Source: Sumerlaeia bacterium (GTDB lineage: Bacteria > Sumerlaeota > Sumerlaeia > SLMS01 > JAHLLQ01). From it: a stretch of DNA of 64,000 nucleotides. The DNA lies in contig JAVJSW010000001.1 in NCBI GenBank assembly GCA_040219255.1, positions 93,794-157,793 on the forward strand, written 5' to 3'. Made by a program: the position numbers and the translations under genes. Positions 1-9,124 of the stretch are shown in pieces (positions within the stretch are counted from its first letter, which is position 1; each line of letters starts with the position of its first letter). The notes under the pieces were generated by a model. That model saw only the letters and a list, made by a program, of their open reading frames with translations. It did no database searches and had not been told where the DNA came from.

Positions 1-32
1 TCGCAAACTGGGAAAAGGGGACTCGCCGGCTC

Positions 33-1130
33 TTAGCGGAATTCGCCGTCGGGGCCGATGTAGCCAGGGTAGTCGATGTAAACGTCGCTCCAGATTTCCC
101 GATCGTTGGGGAACGGCGAGTCCTCCGCGAACTTGATCGCGTCCATCACTTCCTCTTTGATTTCCTTCTCCAACGCCTCGACCTTTTCCTCGGGGAACAG
201 ATCGGGGTATTGGGCTTCCAGACGCTTCATCGGGTCGCGAAGCTGCCACTGCGACACTTCGTCCTTGGTCCGGTAGGTCTTCGCCGGGTCGGACATCGAG
301 TGTCCGCGATACCGATAGCACACAGCGTTGATAAAGGTCGGGCGCCCTTCTTCGATCGCGATGGTGCGCGCTTCGTCGATGGCGGCGTACATCTCCAGCA
401 CGTCCATGCCATCAACCTTCACGCCGCGAATGCGGTACGCGCCCGGCGTGCGCAGGTGCAGCTCGGGCTCGGCACTGGCGCGATGCACCGCCGTGCCCAT
501 GCCATACAGGTTGTTCTCGACGATGTAGATCACCGGCAGGTTCCACAACGACGCCATGTTGAGGCTCTCGTGGAAGACGCCCTGGTTCATGGCCGCTTCG
601 CCCATGAAACAAACCGCAACGGCCTTTTCCTTGTTGTACATCAGCTTCCAGCCCACACCGGTGGCCAGCGGCACATGGCCGCCGACGATGCCGTTGCCGC
701 CCATCATTCCGTGGCTGACCTTGAACATGTGCATCGAACCACCCTTGCCTTTGGAGCAACCGGTGGCTTTGCCGAACAATTCGGCCATCACTTCCCGCGA
801 GGAGCAGCCTCGGATCAAAGCCTGGCCGTGATCGCGGTACGTCTGGAAAATGTAATCTTTCTCGCCAAGAGCGGCGACCGTGCCGACACCGACGGCTTCC
901 TGACCGATGTACAGGTGGCAGAAGCCTTTGATCTTGCCCATCTGGTACTGCTGGGCGCACCGCTCCTCGAAGCGGCGGATCAGGAGCATCTGACGGTACA
1001 TTTCCATCAGCTTCTCCGCGGGGAGATCGACTCGGGGCTTGGGGATTGCGGACTGGGAGTCCGACACTTCGGACGAAGACGGGCTTTTGGCGTTCTTCGC
1101 CTTATCCTCTGCTTGTGCGCTCGTGGCCAT
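33..1130 (-). CDS. pdhA: Pyruvate dehydrogenase E1 component subunit alpha
   Basis: GFCHLYIGQEA, YRDHG, GKGGSMH, TPP-binding GEAA..NQG..ENN and RYRGHSMSDP motifs; start taken at MATSAQ. Confidence 0.95.
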   Translation of the reverse strand: MATSAQAEDKAKNAKSPSSSEVSDSQSAIPKPRVDLPAEKLMEMYRQMLLIRRFEERCAQQYQMGKIKGFCHLYIGQEAVGVGTVAALGEKDYIFQTYRDHGQALIRGCSSREVMAELFGKATGCSKGKGGSMHMFKVSHGMMGGNGIVGGHVPLATGVGWKLMYNKEKAVAVCFMGEAAMNQGVFHESLNMASLWNLPVIYIVENNLYGMGTAVHRASAEPELHLRTPGAYRIRGVKVDGMDVLEMYAAIDEARTIAIEEGRPTFINAVCYRYRGHSMSDPAKTYRTKDEVSQWQLRDPMKRLEAQYPDLFPEEKVEALEKEIKEEVMDAIKFAEDSPFPNDREIWSDVYIDYPGYIGPDGEFR

Positions 1131-1522
1131 AGGCATCCTTTCGAATTCCGGACAGGCCGCGCTGGGCGGCCCGCGACACAGGTCCGGCAAAATGAGAACG
1201 TGTCATCAAAAAGGCGGGATCATTGCGCAAAGCCAGATGGGCCTGCGACCGCCCCCGCGGGCCGCCAGAGCAAGAGTCGTGCAGACCACCCCGGCATCCA
1301 GCGGCGCACTTTCGCACAATCCAACGGCCCACGATACGGGCCACCCGATCGCGCGAAAGAACCAGGGGAATTTACGGATCGCTCAAAACGCAACGCAACC
1401 GCGAAATGCGTCCGCGGGCGCGAAGGTGTGTGGAAAGGCTTTTTCGGAAACAGAGGGAAAGCGTCGTCGCGTCGCTTGCCGAAGGGTCCAAAGTCCGACG
1501 GCGGGCGCGGGGGGACGCAAAG

Positions 1523-1561
1523 AAAAAGCCCCGCCGCACCTCGGATGGGCGGCAGGGCTTT
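1523..1561 (-). terminator. Probable rho-independent terminator downstream of the secretin gene
   Basis: Hairpin aaagccccgccgc...gcggcagggcttt with an A-run on + (U-run on - strand) about 55 nt after the stop at 1616. Confidence 0.6.
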
Positions 1562-1615
1562 GGATTGCTCGGAATCCGCAGGCGTTGGGAAACCCGCGAA
1601 ACGACCTATGTGGAT

Positions 1616-3139
1616 TTACATCGGGAAGTCGGAGCCGGCTTCGGGAGCCGGATCGAAGGGGGCGGAGTCGCTGGTCTTCAACGTCGGCTTGATGACGATG
1701 GTGACCTTGGTGGTGGTGGTGTCGAAGACGGTTTCGCTGAAGAGCGGGTTGATGATCGGGATGTCTTTGAGGATCGGAATGCCGGTGCGGCTCTCGACCG
1801 AGTTCTGCTTGTCCAGGCCGCCGATGACGAGGGTTTCGCCGTTGCGGATGTTGGCCACGGTGGAGAGATCGCGGCTCGCGATGATCGGAATGTCGGCTTC
1901 CTTGCTGAAGCCTACGAGGCTGTTCACGACGACGTCGATGTCGAGGGTCATGCTTTCGGTGCCGATGAAGGAGAGCAGTTCGACCTTCACGCCTTCGAAG
2001 GCGTCGTCGACCACTTCGTTGAACTCGTTGAGGGAGTTGGTGGCGCCGATGTCGGGCTGCCAGACGGAGTAGGGAATGGCGCGGGTGGAGGAGATAACGG
2101 CTTTGTCGCCAGTGGCGGTGCCGCGGAGACCGCCGGCGAGGCCGCCGGGGACGTCTTCGCTGTTGACCATCGTGATCCGGGTCTTGGTGAGCACCTTGCT
2201 GTCGCCGGTCTGAACGGTGTAGTTCAGCAGTTCGGCGGCAATGCGGGCGTCAAAGGTCAGGATCGTGTCGTAGGTGGCGATTTCCTTATCGAAGAGGCCG
2301 GTGGTGCTGCCGGTGGCGGAGTAGCCGAAGGTACCCGTGACGGCGCGGCGGAAGGAACCCCAGTCGAGGCCGAGGGCGCCGTTGTCGCCCACTTCGGTCT
2401 CGTAGATGGTGACTTCGAGTTCGACTTGCAGCGGGGGCTTGTCGAAGAGTTCGAGAGCGATGATATCATCGGCGATGTCGGTCGGGTTTTCCACGATGTA
2501 GATCGTGTTGGTGGAGTCATCGGCGAAGGGCGGGAAGAGGAACACGCCGACGTTGCCGAGTTCGGTGGCGCCAAGAATGGCGGTCAACTCGGAGGCGGTG
2601 CGGTGCTTGCCGACGTAGGCCACGGCGCCGGGGCCGCCGCCGAAGTCCTTGCCGGTCGCGTCGAAGAACCGGAAACCGGGGCGGTCGGTCTTCTCGACGA
2701 TTTCGGTGATGTAGGGCTCCATGAAGTCGGGCATCGTGACGAACAGGTACTGGACAACGCGTCCACTGGCGTCCTTGACGTCGTTGGCGCCCATGACTTC
2801 CGCGATGCCGCCTTCGTACGCGAGGGTGCGCAGAAGGTAGGACTGAATCTCGATGGCTTCGGCGTTGTAGATTTCGTACACCTTGCCGATGTAGTTGTTC
2901 TTGGCCAAGCCGGGGGCAGGACGGGTCAGATCGCTGGTCTCGCGCTCCAGCGTGTCGATCGTATCGAGGTAGTAGCGGGGAATACCGCTCGCCTTCACGT
3001 TATTGAAGTCGGCGGTGGGGCCGCGGCGATTCGTTTGGATTTCGTTGGTTTGTTGGGAGAAACCAGTCGCGGCGAGAGTGAGCGCGGCGGCGGAGAAAAG
3101 GGCCGCCCGGGTTGAGGAGACTTTGAGAGTCTGCTTCAT
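1616..3139 (-). CDS. Secretin (type II/III secretion, GspD/PilQ-like outer-membrane pore)
   Basis: Signal peptide; D-x-P-x-x-QV-x-LEV-x-I-x-E, LGLDW, GETLVIGGL and GIPILKDIPII..LF secretin-domain motifs. Confidence 0.85.
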   Translation of the reverse strand: MKQTLKVSSTRAALFSAAALTLAATGFSQQTNEIQTNRRGPTADFNNVKASGIPRYYLDTIDTLERETSDLTRPAPGLAKNNYIGKVYEIYNAEAIEIQSYLLRTLAYEGGIAEVMGANDVKDASGRVVQYLFVTMPDFMEPYITEIVEKTDRPGFRFFDATGKDFGGGPGAVAYVGKHRTASELTAILGATELGNVGVFLFPPFADDSTNTIYIVENPTDIADDIIALELFDKPPLQVELEVTIYETEVGDNGALGLDWGSFRRAVTGTFGYSATGSTTGLFDKEIATYDTILTFDARIAAELLNYTVQTGDSKVLTKTRITMVNSEDVPGGLAGGLRGTATGDKAVISSTRAIPYSVWQPDIGATNSLNEFNEVVDDAFEGVKVELLSFIGTESMTLDIDVVVNSLVGFSKEADIPIIASRDLSTVANIRNGETLVIGGLDKQNSVESRTGIPILKDIPIINPLFSETVFDTTTTKVTIVIKPTLKTSDSAPFDPAPEAGSDFPM

Positions 3140-3298
3140 AGTTTGTCGCTTCCATCAATTGGGATGGCCAGGATGTGGCGAACCTAACAGTTGAGAAACA
3201 ACGAAAGATTGCGGCTAAGACAAATTTGGAGCGGTACGGTATTCTCGCATGTTTTTATTGCAATAATTTGCACCTACCGTCCCTAAATCAAAAGCCAC

Positions 3299-4192
3299 TC
3301 ACTTTTCCCTCAAAAATTCGCTCAGGACGGACTGGAAGGCGTCGGCTTTCTCCATCCATGGAAAGTGGCCACACTCAGGGATCCGCACGTGTTTCGCATG
3401 GCTGGGAAGAACTTCCATCCACATGTCGCCGATGCTCGCCGGCATCGCGTCTTCGGCTCCGCCGATTTGATAAACCGGCCTGTCGAGCTGCTTCAAATCC
3501 AAAAACCAGCCGGTTTCCCCATAAAGTTTTTCCACGCTCGCCGTCGTATCCCGGTGTACGGGCCAGCTAAATGCCGCAAGCCCAGGCTTTCCCGCCGCAT
3601 TACTGGGCGCGAAATAGCCCTGATTCAGGAGCGCGTAGCGCTGGGCGTAGTGGCTGTTCACCTCGTCCTCACTGGGATGGGAAAGACCTTCCAGATGCGC
3701 GTCGAGATGGCGCAACTTCTCCTGACCTTCGGGACCCAGGCGCTCCCAAAGCGCGGCGTCGCGTTCCTCCTGCCAGCCACCGCGAGGCCCCATCGGACAG
3801 ATCAGCATCAGGCGCTCGACCCGTTCGAGGTGCTGGCTGGCGTAGTACGCCGCCAGGAATCCGCCCCAACTGTGCGCCAGCAGCCCGATCTTTTCGAAGC
3901 CGCCCAGAACCTCGTCCAGCTCGCGCCGCACCGCCTCGATGTCGTCGCTGTTGGCCTGCACGGTGAAAGGCCCGTCGCTCGGCGATCCGGGACAGCCACG
4001 CTGGATGATCCCCACCGGGCGGTAGCCCGCGTCCCGCAAAGGCGGCCCGAACGCCTTCGACAAGTAATCCGTCACGCCCGGTCCTCCGTGGATCAGGAAC
4101 ATCGGCTTCAGGTCGGAATCGTCCACCCGCACGCGGACCGAGCCGCCGTCGACGGGAACGCTGCGCATGTGGTGTTGGGGAATGTCGGGCAT
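3299..4192 (-). CDS. Alpha/beta hydrolase (proline iminopeptidase-like)
   Basis: HGGPG oxyanion motif, AHSWGG nucleophile elbow, C-terminal CGHFPW; start at MPDIPQ. Confidence 0.85.
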   Translation of the reverse strand: MPDIPQHHMRSVPVDGGSVRVRVDDSDLKPMFLIHGGPGVTDYLSKAFGPPLRDAGYRPVGIIQRGCPGSPSDGPFTVQANSDDIEAVRRELDEVLGGFEKIGLLAHSWGGFLAAYYASQHLERVERLMLICPMGPRGGWQEERDAALWERLGPEGQEKLRHLDAHLEGLSHPSEDEVNSHYAQRYALLNQGYFAPSNAAGKPGLAAFSWPVHRDTTASVEKLYGETGWFLDLKQLDRPVYQIGGAEDAMPASIGDMWMEVLPSHAKHVRIPECGHFPWMEKADAFQSVLSEFLREK

Positions 4193-4418
4193 GATGGGCT
4201 CCTCGGCCAGGATCGGGATAGGGTAGGGAAACGGTATGCCGGAAGCGTACCAGGGGGGAAAGAGTACAAACATCCTCTGACGCTATTCCGTAAGAAAATT
4301 CCGCTATTACAGAATTGATCGGTCCAAGTCTTTGTGTTCTCCTGAATCAATTCTGGACCGTCCCATGGCCTCCCTTGGCCGGTCCCCCGAATGCCACACT
4401 GAAATAAGGACTTCATCG

Positions 4419-6470
4419 ATGCGCTTTTCCACATCCTCCGGCGCCCTTGCCCTTGGAGCCCTCCTCCTGGCTGGCCCGGCGCTTGCCCAGGACTCCCCCG
4501 CCGCCCACACCGTCACCTCGCCCGGCGACATCCACACGGTGACCTTCACCCTGCGCGACGGCGCGCCCTTCTACCGCGTCGATCGGCTCGGCGCGCCCTT
4601 GATCCTCGACTCGCGCCTGGGTCTGGTGCTCAAGGACGGTCCGAGCATGGACGCCGATTTCACGGTCGCCGATTCCTCGACTCGCTCCTTCGACGAAACC
4701 TGGACCACGGTCTGGGGAGAATCCGACTCCATCCGCAACAACTACAACGAACTGCGCGTCCAGCTCCGTAGCGACACCCAGCCCCCGCGCACCCTCGACA
4801 TCGTCTTCCGCGCTTTCGACGACGGCGTCGGGCTGCGCTACGAAGTGCCAGAGCAGGAAGGCCTCGGCGCCTTCGAAATCATGGACGAGTTGACCGAGTT
4901 CGCCATGACCGGCGACCACATGGCCTGGTGGATCGGCGCCTATCAGGACAACCGCTACGAGTACCTGACCAACCACACTCCCGTCAGCGAATTCGAAACC
5001 GCGATTACCCCACTGACGATGGAGACCGACGACGGCGTCGCCATCGCGATCCACGAGGCCGCACTGCTGAATTATTCGAGCATGACGCTGCGTTCGACCG
5101 GTAACGCGACCCTGGAGGCGGACCTGATTCCCTGGTCCGATGGCGTGCGCGTCAAGACGGCGGCGCCGATGGTGACGCCTTGGCGCACGATCCAGGCGAG
5201 CGACGGCCCCGGAGGCCTGATCGAGTCGGACCTGGTCCTCAACCTCAACGAACCCAACAAGATCGAGGACACGTCCTGGATCGAGCCGGGCAAGTACGTC
5301 GGCATCTGGTGGGAAATGCACCTGGGCACCTCCTCCTGGTCCATTGGCGAGACGCATGGCGCCACCACGGAAAACACGAAGCGCTACATCGATTTCGCCG
5401 CCGAGCATGGATTCTCCGGTGTGCTCGTTGAGGGCTGGAACAAGGGCTGGGAGCAGGGCTGGGTCGGCACCGGCGATCACTTCAGCTTCACCGATCCCTA
5501 CCCGGATTTCGACCTGGAGTACCTGGCGAAGTACGCCGTGGAGAAGGGCACGCGGCTGATCGGCCACCACGAAACGGGCGGCGGCATCGAGAACTACGAG
5601 CGCCAGATGGCCGATGCTTACGCGCTCTACAACGACCTGGGCGTTCGCGCGGTGAAGACCGGCTACGTGGCCTTTGGCCCGAACCTGCAACGTACCGGCG
5701 CCGACGGCCAGAAACACGGCGAATGGCACCATGGTCAATGGATGGTCGAGCATTACCAACGCTCGGTCGAAGAAGCCGCCAAACACCAGGTGATGGTCAA
5801 CATCCACGAACCTATCAAAGACACCGGCATCCGCCGCACCTGGCCCAACCTGATGACCCGCGAAGGCGCCCGGGGCCAGGAGTACAACGCTTGGAACGAG
5901 GAAGGTAGCAACCCGCCGGACCACACGGTCATCGTGCCGTTCACGCGCATGCTGGGCGGGCCCTTCGATTACACGCCGGGCATCGTGGAGCTTCTCCTTC
6001 CCGCCCGCCCCAACAACCGCATCCAGGCCACACTGGCCCGGGAACTGGCCCACTACGTGACGATCTACAGCCCGCTGCAGATGGCCGCCGACCTGCCGGA
6101 AAACTACGAGGCCCATCCCGAACCCTTCGCCTTCATCAAGGCCGTCCCCGCCGATTGGGCGGAGACGCGGGTCCTGCACGCGGAAATCGGCGACTACCTG
6201 ACCATGGTGCGCAAGGACCGCGACAGCGAAGACTGGTACCTGGGCAGCACCACCGACGAGCACGGACGCCTGCTCAAGGCCCCGCTCGCGTTTCTGACGC
6301 CGGGTGTGACTTACACGGCGCAAATCTATCGCGACAGCGCCGACGCCGATTGGGAATCCAATCCCTACGGCTTCATCGTGGAAGAAAAGACCGTGACCAG
6401 CGCCGACGTGCTGGATCTGCGACTGGCGCCCGGAGGCGGCCAAGCGATCCGCTTCACCCCGGCCGAGTGA
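4419..6470 (+). CDS. Glycoside hydrolase family 97 (SusB-like alpha-glucosidase), secreted
   Basis: Signal peptide; WIEPGKYVGIWWEMH, YIDFAA, LVEGWNKGW, HHET, REGARGQE and PFTRMLGGPFDYTPG motifs. Confidence 0.93.
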   Translation: MRFSTSSGALALGALLLAGPALAQDSPAAHTVTSPGDIHTVTFTLRDGAPFYRVDRLGAPLILDSRLGLVLKDGPSMDADFTVADSSTRSFDETWTTVWGESDSIRNNYNELRVQLRSDTQPPRTLDIVFRAFDDGVGLRYEVPEQEGLGAFEIMDELTEFAMTGDHMAWWIGAYQDNRYEYLTNHTPVSEFETAITPLTMETDDGVAIAIHEAALLNYSSMTLRSTGNATLEADLIPWSDGVRVKTAAPMVTPWRTIQASDGPGGLIESDLVLNLNEPNKIEDTSWIEPGKYVGIWWEMHLGTSSWSIGETHGATTENTKRYIDFAAEHGFSGVLVEGWNKGWEQGWVGTGDHFSFTDPYPDFDLEYLAKYAVEKGTRLIGHHETGGGIENYERQMADAYALYNDLGVRAVKTGYVAFGPNLQRTGADGQKHGEWHHGQWMVEHYQRSVEEAAKHQVMVNIHEPIKDTGIRRTWPNLMTREGARGQEYNAWNEEGSNPPDHTVIVPFTRMLGGPFDYTPGIVELLLPARPNNRIQATLARELAHYVTIYSPLQMAADLPENYEAHPEPFAFIKAVPADWAETRVLHAEIGDYLTMVRKDRDSEDWYLGSTTDEHGRLLKAPLAFLTPGVTYTAQIYRDSADADWESNPYGFIVEEKTVTSADVLDLRLAPGGGQAIRFTPAE

Positions 6471-6482
6471 TCCCGTGGCGGC

Positions 6483-7517
6483 TCAGTGAGACGCCGCCAC
6501 TTCCTTCTCGAACTTCCCTTCACCCTCAAGCAAGACCGGCCGCACCACGTCCCGCCAGAGTTCATAGCCCTGGCGGTTCATGTGCAGCATGTCCTCGACG
6601 AAGAGTTCGGGGCGGGGCGCGCCGTCCGCGCCGAGCATCGGCGCCGCGACATCGAGGAACGTCACGCGATAATCGCGCTTCGCTTCCTCGGCGAAGAGGG
6701 CGTTCATTTCCGCCACTTGCTCGGCGAAACCGGCGCGCGAAGGGCTGGGCTTGACCGCCAGCACGTACACCCGGGTGCCCGGCAAGCGGACCTCGAGGAG
6801 CGCCATGAAGTCTTGGAACTTTTCCAGGATGGTTTCGGGGAAGACACCGTGGGCGATGTCGTTGTCGCCTTCGTAGAGCAGGATCGCCCGCGGCTTGTAG
6901 GGCGTCACCACTTCATCGAAGTAATGCACCGCATCGTTCATCATGCTGCCGCCAAAGCCGCGGGGCAAGACGGTCAAGGGGGCGAGGTCTTCCTGGATGT
7001 GATCGTGCCAGTGAACGATGCTCGACGACCCGAGCGCCAGCACGCCGCCGGGGGCGGGCATGGCCTGAGCGTCCTGCGCCTTGAAGCGGTCGATATCCTC
7101 GCGCCACCGCTCTGGATCGGGATAGGGCACTTCATTGCTGAGGTCGCGGAAGCGATGCACATAGGCGGAAACTTCCGTGTCGTCCTGCACCAGAACGCGG
7201 AAGTTGTCCGGGACGTTGAAGTCCGCGGTGAGCATTTCCTGCTCCCAAGTGCCCAGGGTGAACTTGAACTCGACGAGGGTACCGCCAGGGACGACGAGAT
7301 CGGCCTCGCGGCGGGTGCCTTCACCGTGCATCAGCTTGCCCTGCGGATGCCAATTGCGCAGCGAGTCGAGATTCCCGGCGATGTAGACGTCGCCGCTCTC
7401 CGGCGGCACAACGGCGGTGACCCGCAATGTCCGGGTCGTGGGCAAATCTTGGGCCGCGAGAGGCCCCCAAACGGCCATCAGCAGGCCCAGCAATACGAAC
7501 AATCTTGGAACGCGCAT
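6483..7517 (-). CDS. Secreted SGNH/GDSL esterase with N-terminal CBM20-like domain
   Basis: Signal peptide; VYIAGN..L.NW.P and VEFKFTLGTW (CBM20-like); GSSS, RGFGG, YEGDND and DMLH (SGNH blocks). Confidence 0.8.
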   Translation of the reverse strand: MRVPRLFVLLGLLMAVWGPLAAQDLPTTRTLRVTAVVPPESGDVYIAGNLDSLRNWHPQGKLMHGEGTRREADLVVPGGTLVEFKFTLGTWEQEMLTADFNVPDNFRVLVQDDTEVSAYVHRFRDLSNEVPYPDPERWREDIDRFKAQDAQAMPAPGGVLALGSSSIVHWHDHIQEDLAPLTVLPRGFGGSMMNDAVHYFDEVVTPYKPRAILLYEGDNDIAHGVFPETILEKFQDFMALLEVRLPGTRVYVLAVKPSPSRAGFAEQVAEMNALFAEEAKRDYRVTFLDVAAPMLGADGAPRPELFVEDMLHMNRQGYELWRDVVRPVLLEGEGKFEKEVAASH

Positions 7518-7668
7518 CCTCAGTTTCCTATCGGGGATCGGATTTTCAACGTTTGTACCGATCCAGGAAAAGGCCATCAGAGTCAACGGACAATAATAAA
7601 ATATCCCGCTTTTCAATAAGCAAAACGGGATACTCACCATCCGACCGAGGCTGACAGAGCAGGGTTTC

Positions 7669-9030
<1,362 letters not shown>

Positions 9031-9124
9031 AGTAACTCGACGGACAGGTTCGGCTTCGATCCTTGTGGGAATGGAGCCCGGAGGCCGGGCCTTTCGCGAG
9101 GAAATCAGAGGGGGTGGCTACGCG

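Noticed and set aside
1505-1530. GGGACGCAAAG resembling part of a c-di-GMP-I riboswitch
   Set aside because: The upstream GGCAAA/GAAA P2 elements are missing, it is on the strand opposite the flanking genes, and it abuts a terminator.
3259-3276. Sigma54 -24/-12 promoter upstream of the secretin
   Set aside because: GG-to-GC spacing is 11 nt rather than the strict 10 nt.
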